63,995 bases of DNA, filler included, from Stramenopiles sp. TOSAG23-3 (GCA_900128585.1; 4 parts of 4 records of this genome joined end to end with filler, not necessarily neighbours in it), one strand, 5' to 3'; numbered from the whole stretch's first letter, positions 21,677 to 32,912 are shown. The notes: generated by a model from the letters alone, not told the origin. Made by a program: numbers and translations.

Positions 21677-22034
21677 AAAAACAAAAATTGGCTGTTAATT
21701 TTAGTAATTTTAACAATAAAATTGGCTGTTAAAATTTTAAATGAATCAGCTCCTTTTGTCCCACATTAAAGGTGTACGTTCCTTCATGTGCTGCGAACTT
21801 AATTTCTCCTCTTGTGGTTTTGCAAATCACTATACCCTTGTCACCTAGTCTTGGCTATCATGTTCAGAGATGTACTCCATGCGTGGTCCAGATCGGTAGG
21901 TAGGTGAATTTGCTTTAATTGGCAAAAGACTCGTAGTCAACTTCCTCTTCCGATGTCTCACTCGTAAATGGATCAGTCCTTGAGTGGTTTTCCAAGCAGC
22001 GGCGTGAATGTGTTAAAAGTGCTCGTTGTCTGTC
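21677..22034 (-). mobile_element. Family A copy (~290-bp body) preceded by two terminal modules
   Basis: Colinear with 49465-49717 and with the reverse complement of 63030-63270. Confidence 0.8.
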
Positions 22035-22789
22035 AATTTCGCGCCGCGTCGCGTTCACGGTCTTTCCACCTCGCTCGGTGCGTGTCGGCAACCGGCGACA
22101 ACGAACGGAAAGACGCTTACTACTCTTTATACTCTTCCACTCTTCCACCTACACACAGACTTTGTATTGCCATTTGCCATTTGACATTGGTGTTGCATTA
22201 TTGTAGTATAGTAGCATAGAGAAGAGATGATAGTCCGGTCTACTATCTTGGGGTAATTTTACGTTACATTATTTAAATTCTAAATTTCATTTCTCATATT
22301 ATTAAACTATATATATTATAGTATTGTACATTATAATAGAGTATTTAATATGAGCACAGCATTCAATATTATTATATAATAGTAATAATAATAACCCTAT
22401 TTTCGAAGCGAAGCACGAAGCAGTTCGTGTCGTCTCTTTTTCTTCTTTTTTAAATATTTAATAATAATAAATATATTGCCGTTATTTCGTTCTATATTAT
22501 CCCTTTTTCCTATTATTAATAATGCTATTGCTATATAATAAATAATAATAGATAATATTAATACTCCTCCTCGGCTGTTCTTCTTCTTCTTCTCCATCGA
22601 GAATCGAAAGCAGCATTGCCTTTCTTCTATTTTGGGTCGGGGTTTTGTTCATTTCGTAGATGAGTACAGACTTACTTATCCAGTCACCAGAAGAACGAGG
22701 GTTTTCAAAGAATCGAAAGACTACGAGAGAGCCAATTTGGGTCCATCGGCTTTCATTTCGCAGAGAAGAAGAAAGCGCTTTCGCAGCCT

Positions 22790-25700
22790 ATGGCGTCCAC
22801 AGCCGGGGCAAAGGGGGAAGCTTCGTCCAAAAACGATGGTGTTGATGAGGCCGATCAAAAGCGGGACTATTTGTTTTTGCTGACGCCGTACAGGTTTTGC
22901 TTGCCGAAAACCAAATCTTTAGATTTTGGAAAGGTCTTGTACGAAATATCGGATTATGCCCTCACGGAAAAGTATTACCGTACGCTCGATTTTGCAACGA
23001 AACTTCGCGAAGAGGTCGTTCGCGTTCTTGAGCACTTTCATGGATTACTGGAGGCTCCCCACCCGGCGGATAATTTGTTACAGCTAGACGATACCGCCAG
23101 GCGTTTATACGCCGCGGCAACGCCTTTAGAGCACGCCATTGATGACTACATGGAAACCCTGTCCATTTTAGTGGCACTTGAGGAAAACAAGCACATTCGG
23201 TTTCGTATGGGCTGTAACGTCGAGTGGACTACTTCGTTCCCTGCGAGTGCCAACACGGACGAAGACGAGGAACGGGGCAGGTTTAGGAAAGGCTCCAGCG
23301 TACGCTACGAAATGTGCCATATCCTGTTTCTCAGGGCTGTAGTTGAGTACACGCGCTCTGCTAGGGGGCTCTACAAATTGCACAAGTCGCACAGCTCTAC
23401 TGTCGCTGCACAAACGTGGCAGAACCTGCGGGTGAGCGCAGGCATATTTTTTCATGGCTGTGTAACCAGCGCTCACGACCATAATGATTACGACGGGGAA
23501 GACGAACTGGGGCCTGAAACAACCGCCGGGGTGCTGAGTTTATTGTCGGCACTAATTCTTGCCCAAACCCAGCACGTGGTGTACGCACGCGCCGTGATGT
23601 CGGGAAACCTACCGTTGGCTCTCGAACGCGTGTGCTCGGAGCTCATAAAAGCGTACGACAGGGTTGGAAATGTTCTCGGTAATATCACCATGGGGGACAA
23701 CGACGACCTAAAACAGCTCATGACGGCGAACGACTGGCTGTTAACTTTTGTGAAAGCGATGTACTTAAAAAATGGCGTGCTCTTGCGCGCACGGCAGGAG
23801 AAGTTTGATGCGGCGGAAGTGTGGGCGAATGTTGGGCTTTCCTTGACCCGGGCAAGGGCACATACACGCATGACAGTGATGGAAGATACGCCGAAAGCAT
23901 TTCGCACCGCAATGAAAAGCGAAAAGACCCAGTTCACGCAGTACGTGGCCGACTACAAGGAAGTTAACGAAAAACTGGGGACCGCACGAGGGCCGATGGC
24001 GCACTTACGATCCCAGCTCATGGCACAGTTGAATACGACAGAGGAAAAAATATCCATTGCTGGTCTCAGTGCAGCGATCAGCTCAATAGTACCCTACGAT
24101 GGATATAGTGTACAGGAACACCAGATCAATGAGTACGTGGACGTCTTCTCTGGACCATTGCCGTTCCGTCGAAGGGAATACAACGAAAAGCGGGAGCAGC
24201 TGGGGGACGATATTGATCATTTGCCCGTGGACGAGGACGGGGAGGAGACGAAGGAAGAAGTATCACTTGAAGCAAGCATGTCTCGCTCTTCCCTTGGCTC
24301 ACCGCTGCAGAAGCGAGATTCACTGAACTCGAGTTACTTTGGGGGAAGTTCGGTGTGGAAAGAAGGGCAACTTGAAGGCACTCGTTGGAGTTCAACCCAA
24401 ATGGGGAGAACCCGCGTTCTCTTCGAAAGGATCCGTACGAAAGAGGAGCATGGCATGGTGGATCATGGCATACCGTTTCAGGCTCCACCAAAGCCAGAGC
24501 CAACGTCTACACGCTTCGAAGAATTGGACAGCTTGCATTTGGAGCAGGCCGGCCTTGCGGTTTCCAAGAAGAAATGCGGCATGTGCCGACAAATGTTTGC
24601 ATCTCTGGGAGGGAAAGTGACGCTGAAAGCAATTATGGACAAACAACACGAGTGGGGACTGCCGGTGGATCACCGAAAGCGCGCAAACACGGCGACTGTT
24701 ATGTACGCCGACACACCGATTTGCGTGTTTTGTTTGCAGTTCTGTTACCCCGAAACGGCGGACAAGGCAGGCGGGACGAGCGTGGCGAGTGTGGCCTCCA
24801 CGGATAGCTTTGGACAGTTTATGGTACAGAGCAGTTTCAAAAAGCCCTCCCGCACGGCCTTGGAGACGTCCGCAAAGATAGTGAACTCGCTGATTTCCCC
24901 ACCAAAACGCTCTCGTTTTCGGGCGCTTTCCCCTGTCGCCGTGCCCTCTGCCACTACTATCCTTCGTAGACCACGAACAAGCCCCAGCAATGTGAACCTG
25001 GCAAGGACCCTAGGGCACCAAGCAGAGGCAAGAATGCTTCGCCTGGAAAACGAAGCAATAAAACCGAGTCACGTCGATGCCAGACCGGTGACGCGGCTAC
25101 CGCATTACCATTCTCCATCGTTTCCAGAGAAAACATTGAAGGAATCTAAACTTATTCCCAAGCAAGCCGTGGCCAGCCATGGGTGGGGGTTGGACGGAAA
25201 TGTGGATGACGTGTATTACGCAGCAGCGCTCGGCTACGATGATTGCGCTGCGCACGATCGAGACAGACATGTACTGGAGGCGCACTTTGCGAAAACCAAT
25301 GAGTTGAAACCTATGAAACTGCTATTTGCGCGTTTGCACAGTCTAAAATCCTACACCAGCAATGCCGACAAGCTCGGAAGGAAGGGGGTTGCTCTCGGCA
25401 AAAAAGCTCGAAAAGCAACGAAGACAGAAGTTCCTGACCCGCACAATTTACCTCGAATTAAACTTAAAATATGGTTGGACTTGTACGATGACAACCACGA
25501 GTGGGTGAAAGAAGCCATGCGAAAAAGTAGGCACATTGCTAGCATACCCGAGGCTGGCGCATCAGACCTGTTGCGAACGCTGAGCACGACAGTGGAGACA
25601 ATTGACTGGGTCCAATTTTTGAAAATTTTTAAAACAATGGTGACTCCCTGCACAAAGTGCCCTTGGGGGAGATGCACCACCTTCATGTTTCGGCCGAATG

Positions 25701-27442
25701 TTATAGGGCACGACTACTGCGAATGCGGGCACAGCCTGCGTGATCATGTCGCACCATCGTTCTCCACGGACAACATAGAGGATGCCAAGTCAAAATCGCT
25801 CCTATTTTCCCAGCTAGGGGATGAAGCCGAAGATGCACCATCCAATTGGATATCACCTGGACGCAAAGCCCGTGCACGGCCGCCCATGCGTGCCGCTCCT
25901 TCCAACTCCACCATACTGGAAAGCCTGCTGCAGGGAGGGACTTCGCGAATGTCTTCACACTACAAGCATATCCAGACGGCCGACGAGCAGTACAAGAGGT
26001 TGCTCCCTGTAGTAAAGAAATTGAACGAGGATGCGGCACTCCAGCAAAGCCGGTCCCTTCATGCCAGCGGGATTGACAGGCGCAGGTTGCTTTCGCAATC
26101 GTTGAGGGCCCATCATGACGCCAAAGTCGAACGTGCCCAGCCGGGCCACATGTCCCTTGTATTCGCCGGGCGTGACGCCGGCGGAGGAGTTCCCGCGCCA
26201 TCGCGGCAAATCAAAATCGCATGCGGCCTGTGCTATTTTAAATTTACCCTTGCCAATTTACCCTGCGCGGCGACGCGAGGGACCCTTATTCGCATCAGCG
26301 AAGAGTTCAAGGCCCAAACGGAGCGCCGGCACCGGGCAGAGTTCCTGAAGGGAAAACATGTCATAGTAGATGCCGAATCGGTCCCAGTGTCGGGAAGCCG
26401 TATGTACGAAAAGTACGGTCGGGTCGTCAAAACCAACGCGGGGCTCGGCCAGCTGTTTCTAGTGCACTTGGACGGCTCGAGAGCATGGTACAAAATTGAC
26501 GATAGCTGGGAATGGGAAGTAGAAGATAAGCAAGCGCTGGTCACTAAAAACAAAAAAGCTTCAAAGGGCGGCAAACCGATAATGACGAAGCAACATCGCC
26601 AATCTACCAAACCCCTGCCGCCCGAAGTGGAATACAAACGAAACCGTACAAAAAGCCTGAAAAAGTACGACAAAGTCCGTATCTGCATCTTTTGCGCTCA
26701 GATATACGAAGACGCCTTCGAAACAGAGCGCAAGAAGCAGATGGCAGAGGCGACCGCCATGCGGGAGCGCAATGCCTCCTCTCGGAAAAACAAAGTTGAC
26801 ATGTTCGCAGATTTTAAAAGGGAGGAAGCAGAACGGAAACGAAAGGAGGAAGAGGAGAAGCTGGCGGCTGAGCAGAGGGCATTAGAGGAGGAAGAAGCGC
26901 AACGCCACGAGGCGGAAGTGGCTCGCAACCGGCGCAAATACCAGCACGAACAAAGGGGAACGGACGCCGAGGTCGAGCATTTGCCCACTGCTACCGAAAG
27001 GAGGCAGCTCAGCATAAAACGGTGGGAAGCGCGGCACAACAAAAAATATTACGAAGTAAGTCGGGAAGAGCGGCAAAAAGTTGACATGCTTGCGGAACAA
27101 GAAGAAATTGATAGAATGACCCATGAAGCGGAGACGCTCAATGTAATCCTTGACAAGGTTGGTCTGAACCTCACGTCCATCCCTTTCAGCCTCGAGCAGC
27201 TGCGTGCAATGACCCTGCGCCGTAGAATACGGGTCGTTGCGTCGATACGAATCCAAGCCCTGGCGCGAGGGTTTGTCCAGCGTATTCGAATCGTCCGATA
27301 CTTGGGTGGCGAAGGGGCAAGCATCGAACAAAACATAGACGAGTTGAAGGATAAAATAGAGAAGTTAAAAGAGACGAAAAGGGCGTTGGAAGAATCTCAC
27401 AAGGAACGAACTCGTCGTCGTGAAGGCTTTTCCAAAAAGTAA
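22790..27442 (+). CDS. 1550-aa protein with an N-terminal BRO1-like domain, Cys-cluster (Zn) motifs, a coiled coil and an IQ motif
   Basis: BRO1-like VEWTTS...RYEMCHILF...SAGIF...LILAQTQ; CGMC...CVFC and CGLC...CIFC pairs; IQ motif IQALARGFVQR. Confidence 0.7.
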   Translation: MASTAGAKGEASSKNDGVDEADQKRDYLFLLTPYRFCLPKTKSLDFGKVLYEISDYALTEKYYRTLDFATKLREEVVRVLEHFHGLLEAPHPADNLLQLDDTARRLYAAATPLEHAIDDYMETLSILVALEENKHIRFRMGCNVEWTTSFPASANTDEDEERGRFRKGSSVRYEMCHILFLRAVVEYTRSARGLYKLHKSHSSTVAAQTWQNLRVSAGIFFHGCVTSAHDHNDYDGEDELGPETTAGVLSLLSALILAQTQHVVYARAVMSGNLPLALERVCSELIKAYDRVGNVLGNITMGDNDDLKQLMTANDWLLTFVKAMYLKNGVLLRARQEKFDAAEVWANVGLSLTRARAHTRMTVMEDTPKAFRTAMKSEKTQFTQYVADYKEVNEKLGTARGPMAHLRSQLMAQLNTTEEKISIAGLSAAISSIVPYDGYSVQEHQINEYVDVFSGPLPFRRREYNEKREQLGDDIDHLPVDEDGEETKEEVSLEASMSRSSLGSPLQKRDSLNSSYFGGSSVWKEGQLEGTRWSSTQMGRTRVLFERIRTKEEHGMVDHGIPFQAPPKPEPTSTRFEELDSLHLEQAGLAVSKKKCGMCRQMFASLGGKVTLKAIMDKQHEWGLPVDHRKRANTATVMYADTPICVFCLQFCYPETADKAGGTSVASVASTDSFGQFMVQSSFKKPSRTALETSAKIVNSLISPPKRSRFRALSPVAVPSATTILRRPRTSPSNVNLARTLGHQAEARMLRLENEAIKPSHVDARPVTRLPHYHSPSFPEKTLKESKLIPKQAVASHGWGLDGNVDDVYYAAALGYDDCAAHDRDRHVLEAHFAKTNELKPMKLLFARLHSLKSYTSNADKLGRKGVALGKKARKATKTEVPDPHNLPRIKLKIWLDLYDDNHEWVKEAMRKSRHIASIPEAGASDLLRTLSTTVETIDWVQFLKIFKTMVTPCTKCPWGRCTTFMFRPNVIGHDYCECGHSLRDHVAPSFSTDNIEDAKSKSLLFSQLGDEAEDAPSNWISPGRKARARPPMRAAPSNSTILESLLQGGTSRMSSHYKHIQTADEQYKRLLPVVKKLNEDAALQQSRSLHASGIDRRRLLSQSLRAHHDAKVERAQPGHMSLVFAGRDAGGGVPAPSRQIKIACGLCYFKFTLANLPCAATRGTLIRISEEFKAQTERRHRAEFLKGKHVIVDAESVPVSGSRMYEKYGRVVKTNAGLGQLFLVHLDGSRAWYKIDDSWEWEVEDKQALVTKNKKASKGGKPIMTKQHRQSTKPLPPEVEYKRNRTKSLKKYDKVRICIFCAQIYEDAFETERKKQMAEATAMRERNASSRKNKVDMFADFKREEAERKRKEEEEKLAAEQRALEEEEAQRHEAEVARNRRKYQHEQRGTDAEVEHLPTATERRQLSIKRWEARHNKKYYEVSREERQKVDMLAEQEEIDRMTHEAETLNVILDKVGLNLTSIPFSLEQLRAMTLRRRIRVVASIRIQALARGFVQRIRIVRYLGGEGASIEQNIDELKDKIEKLKETKRALEESHKERTRRREGFSKK

Positions 27443-27828
27443 GAAAACCCACCAACTAATTTATATATAGTGTTAATAATAGGGTAAAAACGAAACTCCT
27501 CCGTGTATTTTTAGAAGTATTTAAGCAAAGCAGGAAGCAGGAATGAATATAATAAGAGGAAGGTAATGTAATCTATATACATGAAATAGTGAGGAGGAAA
27601 AGAGAAGACAAAATATAATAATATATAAAATATAATAACGAAAAATATGAGATGATCTCTTAAAGATTTTGGATGTAATGAATGCAATGATGAATGCGAG
27701 AAAGTATTTACTTGAATTTAAATGCGTGTTTTTCTGCTTTGTTCACCCTATCAACGATTTTCAATCTCGCAGCATACTTAAAATAGGCCCATTACTTGCT
27801 GGCCGCTGGCTGCTGGGAAGGATTTGCA

Positions 27829-29937
27829 ATGGCAAGCAAGCAGCAATACCGTGCACTGCGTGACTTTGAGCCGTCTGGAGAGGATGAACTTGGGATGGCA
27901 GCGGGGGATATAATTAGTTTGTTGGATTCTCAGCCCGGCGAAGACAATAGTTGGAAGAACGGTCGAAATACCACGTCTGGAAAAGAAGGTCTTTTCCCAT
28001 TGAACTTTTGTGAACTGTACGAAAGTGAAGTGGCAAAAAGTGTCACGAGCGACGAGCCGAAGGATGCGCTGTCAACATTTGTCGACAACGAGATTACGTA
28101 TTATGAGGCGCAAGATACCGAGGAGTCCCAGACCCCAGCACAAGATGCTGAGGCGTCCCGGCCCTCATCACAAGAGCCATTTGGGTCAAATGACCCACAA
28201 AAAGATGCCAGCGCAACGAGTGCAGACATTACCCCGCAGTATCGGGCAGTTTACGATTTCTCCCCGGATGGAGAGGACGAGTTGGGGTTCAAAAAGGGAG
28301 ACCTCATAGTAATGACAAAACCAAAGGACACTGCCGATGAGTGGCGCCATGGGTACAACACTGCGACATATAAACATGGACTGTTTCCGCTCACCTTTTG
28401 CGTGACATCGGACACTCAGGAAAGCATAAATAATACAGACGCAAGCGAGATGCAGGATGAACTTTACAGCCTAGTCGAAACGCAATCGGCGCCAACGCGT
28501 CCTCCGAAATTGTCCCGTACCGAGCCGTCATCTCCGAAGGGGGGTACTGGCAGTGTCGTTTCTCGCCAAAGCGTACGGTCCCCAACATTGCTGGCCTCCT
28601 CATCCAATATCCTCAACTCGACAGTGACCCGCCCAGCTGCGCAGCGGGTCGTTCCCGAAGACCAGGACATCATTACTCGGATAAATGACCAGAACAAGGA
28701 TCGTAATCTGTGGCTTGCTTGTACTACCTCTCACTGTGTCCGTTGCGCACAACACAAATTGAGAAAAGAGACTGGAAAGCTCAAGAAGCGGGTGTCCAGC
28801 ACGTGCGAGCATATATTACAAAGAATTGTACACCTGGTAACGGTAGATGGGGCAGACATAAACTATCAAAACGAAGATGCGCTCGGGACAACTCCGTTGA
28901 TGGCTGCTGCAGAGAAAGGCTTTGCAAACGTTACCAAATTTCTGGTCCAGGATTGTCGAGCGGACCCGAACAAAACAAGCAAGCAAGGAAAAACTGCCCT
29001 TCACATTGCTTCCCGTATAGGAAGCAAGTCGGTGGTGTCGCTGCTGCTGGCCGCAAAGGCACAGCCATTGCTTCGAACGGTCACCCACGAGAACACGCCG
29101 CCTCATTTTGCGGCGATGCACGGAAAAATAGAAATTTTAAAATTGTTCCTGACAACAGGTTTGGTCTACATCAATACCCAAAACGCCGCCGGGGATACGT
29201 TCTTGCACTGCGCGAGCGCCCATGGCCACACCGCCACCGTCCAATATTTGCTCGACAAGGGCGCCATGCCGAATGTTCGCAACCAAACCAAAAGCACACC
29301 GCTGCAGCTGGCCGCGCAAAATGGACACATTGGTTCCATTAAACTGCTGATAAAATTTGGGGACGAAGAATCCGTGAACAACCAAAACCACCACGGGAAA
29401 ACGGCGCTGCACTTTGTCGCGGAGCACAACAATATCGAAATGCTGCATTTGATTCTAGAGAACAAAGGAAGGAAAAGCACGAACCTCCCTGATTTCGCCG
29501 GGGAGGTCCCTCTCCATGGTGCGGTCCGGAACAAATGTTCCGAAGCGTGCAAGGTACTGTTTAAAGAGTACAACGCCAACCCAACGTACAGAAACTTGTC
29601 TGGAGAGAGCCCGTTAAGTTTGGCGCTGGCACAGAAGAACAGCAATTACCAACGGTGCTACGACCAGCTGCGAACCAGCCTGAAGCGGAGAAAACAATTG
29701 GAAAAGGAAGCCAACTCAATAAAAATCAATTCCAGGGACAATTTTGTCCTTGAGTACGAAGACCGGAAGAGAGCCAAGGAACAGCTTAGTCCAGAACAGT
29801 TGCTGAAGAAAAGCGAAACCCGCAGGGGTAACTTCGTAATGCAGATGAAGAAAAAAGAAGACGCAGCTTTGCGTAGAAACCTATTTGTAACCAGTGCCAG
29901 CAAAGGATTGGAGGGAAAATATTACGTAGTTGGTTAA
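27829..29937 (+). CDS. SH3-SH3-ankyrin repeat protein
   Basis: Two SH3 domains (YRALRDFEP...ELG...W...GLFP) and about 8 ankyrin repeats (TPLM, TALH, TPPH, TFLH, TPLQ, TALH, VPLH, SPL). Confidence 0.92.
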   Translation: MASKQQYRALRDFEPSGEDELGMAAGDIISLLDSQPGEDNSWKNGRNTTSGKEGLFPLNFCELYESEVAKSVTSDEPKDALSTFVDNEITYYEAQDTEESQTPAQDAEASRPSSQEPFGSNDPQKDASATSADITPQYRAVYDFSPDGEDELGFKKGDLIVMTKPKDTADEWRHGYNTATYKHGLFPLTFCVTSDTQESINNTDASEMQDELYSLVETQSAPTRPPKLSRTEPSSPKGGTGSVVSRQSVRSPTLLASSSNILNSTVTRPAAQRVVPEDQDIITRINDQNKDRNLWLACTTSHCVRCAQHKLRKETGKLKKRVSSTCEHILQRIVHLVTVDGADINYQNEDALGTTPLMAAAEKGFANVTKFLVQDCRADPNKTSKQGKTALHIASRIGSKSVVSLLLAAKAQPLLRTVTHENTPPHFAAMHGKIEILKLFLTTGLVYINTQNAAGDTFLHCASAHGHTATVQYLLDKGAMPNVRNQTKSTPLQLAAQNGHIGSIKLLIKFGDEESVNNQNHHGKTALHFVAEHNNIEMLHLILENKGRKSTNLPDFAGEVPLHGAVRNKCSEACKVLFKEYNANPTYRNLSGESPLSLALAQKNSNYQRCYDQLRTSLKRRKQLEKEANSIKINSRDNFVLEYEDRKRAKEQLSPEQLLKKSETRRGNFVMQMKKKEDAALRRNLFVTSASKGLEGKYYVVG

Positions 29938-30370
29938 TAATAACCCATACATTATATTTCAATAACATAAACCTAGAAGGGCCGTTCTAAGATAATCACG
30001 TAATAAAATTCAATTTTTCGTTTTTTAAATATTTTTTGATGAAGAATGAAGAAACTTTCCGCCGTTATTAGAGTTTTCTGTGTTTTGTGTTTAAAAACAA
30101 GTTTATGATTTATGATATCAAGAAAGATTTCGATCGGACGCAAATGATTGTCAAATAACACTCTCATTTATCACATTTATCATCACGGTTAACAGTTCTG
30201 AACAAACCACCGAATTTAGTTTGCTTAGTTATTCGTTGTCGTGTTTAGTGTAAATTGCGACTGAAGTCTGCGATTATAAAACAAGACTGTCCGCTGTCCT
30301 CCACCGTTATTTACTACACCTATCGTTTGCAAGCCCGTTGTGTTGACACTACGATATTGCATATACAAAC

Positions 30371-30970
30371 ATGGTAAAGAACAAGTTGAAAAACAAAAAG
30401 TCGCGCAGGTCTGCGCCGAAGAAGAAGAAAAGGTCAAAGTCGTGGGCTTGGTCTCGCGAGGAGGTTAATTTTCTTGTCAAAACGATGACCGACTATGACA
30501 GGGAACTGCAAACGCTCGAGTCCGCCCAGGAGAAAGTGTTCTTCGACAGCGACGGAACGCCGTGCACGATCTTACAAAAGTACATCGAAAAGATCAGTGA
30601 CAGATACGGCCGCTCAAAGATGGCAGTGGAGAACAAATTTTACAAAATGATCCGACGCAACGAGCACCCTGATACGAGGAAAAAGTACGGCGCTTGGAAA
30701 ACACACGAAGAGGTATACCTGCTGGGCATCGCAAAGGAGTACACCAACCATTTAACGAACATCCAGAGGAGAGGCTATTCGCAGGAACCAATTGTGAATG
30801 CACTCGACGGCACACCCTGCACCATCTTCCAGATGTACATCAGCAAAGTGGCATCGTTCACGAACCGAAGCAAAGTGGCATCGTTCACGAACCGATCGTA
30901 CAAGGCGTGCGAGTCGAAGTTTTACAAAACTTTGGCGAGGAACTCAACAATATCCAAATGCCACATTTGA
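30371..30970 (+). CDS. Two-repeat Myb/SANT-like protein, copy 1; 3' end derived from ankyrin-gene DNA
   Basis: WSREEVNFL...GRSKMAVENKFY and WKTHEEVYLL...NRSYKACESKFY; basic N-terminus; 27-nt internal duplication. Confidence 0.65.
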   Translation: MVKNKLKNKKSRRSAPKKKKRSKSWAWSREEVNFLVKTMTDYDRELQTLESAQEKVFFDSDGTPCTILQKYIEKISDRYGRSKMAVENKFYKMIRRNEHPDTRKKYGAWKTHEEVYLLGIAKEYTNHLTNIQRRGYSQEPIVNALDGTPCTIFQMYISKVASFTNRSKVASFTNRSYKACESKFYKTLARNSTISKCHI

Positions 30971-31318
30971 TTCTAGGGATCAAAGGAAGGAACAGCAATG
31001 ACCAACGGTGCTACGACCAGCTGCGAACCAGCCTGAAACGGAGGAAACAATTGAAAAAGAAAACCAACTCAATAAAAACCAATAGCAGGGACGATTTTGT
31101 CGTTGAGTGCGAAGAACGGAAGAGAACCAAGGAATAGCTAAGTCCAAAACAGTGTTCAGTTGCTGAACAAAATCGAAACCCGCAGGGGTAACTTCATCAT
31201 GCATGCAGATGAAGAAAGAAGAAGACGCAGTTTGCTTTTGAGCGGAGAACCCATTTTTTGAACGGTGAGAGAGAAGAGGAAAGAAGGGTTGACAGTTCAA
31301 ATTTTACGTAGTCGACTA
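30929..31318 (+). pseudogene. Duplicated, internally deleted 3' fragment of the SH3-ankyrin gene
   Basis: Matches 29411-29480 joined directly to ~29645-29937, with stops and indels. Confidence 0.85.
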
Positions 31319-31712
31319 ATAATTACCAAATAATGTATAATGCAGTAACATACAATCTTAAAAGAGCATTCTAAAATTTTAACGTAATATTTTTAATATT
31401 TTTAAATATTTTTTAATGAAGCAAGAAGAAGAAACAACTTTTTTGTCGTTATTTTTTAGTTGTTTTGTTTAAAAAAACAAGTTTATGATTCATGATATCA
31501 AGCTTGATTTCGATCGGAAGAAAACGATTGCACTTATCCATATTTAATTATCCATTATAAATCAATTCTCACAATTATCGAATTAATCAACAATAATAAC
31601 AGTTCTGAACAAATCACCGAATTTAGTTTGCGTAAAGATTCGTAACGTGTTTAGTGAAAATCCGTGAAACCGAAAATCCGTGAAACCCGTTGTGCTGAAA
31701 CTACGATATATC

Positions 31713-32231
31713 ATGGGAAAAAGCAAGTCGAGAAACAAAAAGTCGAAAAGGTCCGCGCCGAAGAAGAAGAAAGCGGCAAAGTCGTGGGCTTGGTCTCGCG
31801 AGGAGGTTGCCTTTCTTACCAAAACGATGACCGACTATGACAGGGAACTGCAAACGCTTGATGCCGCCCAGGAGAAACGATACTTCGACAAAAACGGAAT
31901 GCCGTGCACGGTCTTACAAAAGTACGTCGAAAAGGTCGTGGCCAAATACGGTCGTTCAGAGTTGGCAGTGCAGAACAAATTTTACAAAATGATCCGAAAC
32001 AAAGAGTACCCTGATACGAGGAGAAAGTACGGCGCTTGGAAAGCACTCGAAGAGAGATACCTGCTGACAACCGCAAAGGATTACCATGACCATTTATCAA
32101 GAATCCAGGAGGGAGGCCTTTCGCAGGAAGTAATTGTGAATGCACTCGACGGCACACCCTGCACCATCTTCCAGATGTACATCAGCAAAGTGGCATCGTT
32201 CACGAACCGAAGCAATATAAGCTGCATCTGA
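31713..32231 (+). CDS. Two-repeat Myb/SANT-like protein, copy 2 (second repeat truncated)
   Basis: Clear paralog of 30371..30970. Confidence 0.65.
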   Translation: MGKSKSRNKKSKRSAPKKKKAAKSWAWSREEVAFLTKTMTDYDRELQTLDAAQEKRYFDKNGMPCTVLQKYVEKVVAKYGRSELAVQNKFYKMIRNKEYPDTRRKYGAWKALEERYLLTTAKDYHDHLSRIQEGGLSQEVIVNALDGTPCTIFQMYISKVASFTNRSNISCI

Positions 32232-32556
32232 TTCTAGGGATCAAGGAAGGAGCAGCAATGACCAACGGTGCTACGACCAGCTGCGAACCAGCCTGAAACG
32301 GAGGAAACAATTGAAAAAGAAAGCCAACTCAATAAAAACCAATAGCAGGGACGATTTTGTCGTTGAGTACGAAGAACAGAAGAGAACGAAGGAACAGCTA
32401 AGTCCAAAACAGTTGCTGAACAAAAGCGAAACCCGCAGGGGTAACTTCGTAATGCAGATGAGGAAAAAAGAAGACGCAGTTTGCTTTGCGTAGAAACCTA
32501 TTTGTAACCAGTGCCAGCAAAGGATTGGAGGGAAAATATTACGTAGTCGGTTCATA
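32212..32556 (+). pseudogene. Second duplicated 3' fragment of the SH3-ankyrin gene
   Basis: Shares the internal deletion seen in 30929-31318 and matches 29645-29940. Confidence 0.85.
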
Positions 32557-32574
32557 ATAATCTAAAAACAATAT

Positions 32575-32812
32575 TTCCTTCTTCTTTCTCCTTCTTCTTG
32601 TTCTTCTTCTTCTTTCTTTCTTTCTTCTTTCTTCCTTCTTTCTTCCTTCTTTCTTCTTGTTCTTTCTTCATGTTCTTTCTTCTTCCTCTTCTTTTCTTCA
32701 TCTTTCTTTCTTTCTTCCTTCTTTCTTCTTTCTTATTCCTTCCTTCTTTTCCTTCCTTCTTTCTTCCTTCTTTGTTCCTTCTTTGTTCCTTCTTTGTTCC
32801 GTCTTTGTTCCT
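32575..32812. repeat. CT-rich low-complexity tract at contig end
   Basis: Directly visible. Confidence 0.9.
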
Positions 32813-32912
32813 NNNNNNNNNNNNNNNNNNNNNNNNNNNNNNNNNNNNNNNNNNNNTTAATTAATTAANNNNNNNNNNNNNNNNNNNNNNNNNNNNNNNN
32901 NNNNNNNNNNNN
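32813..32912. other. Artificial contig linker
   Basis: N44-TTAATTAATTAA-N44. Confidence 0.98.
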
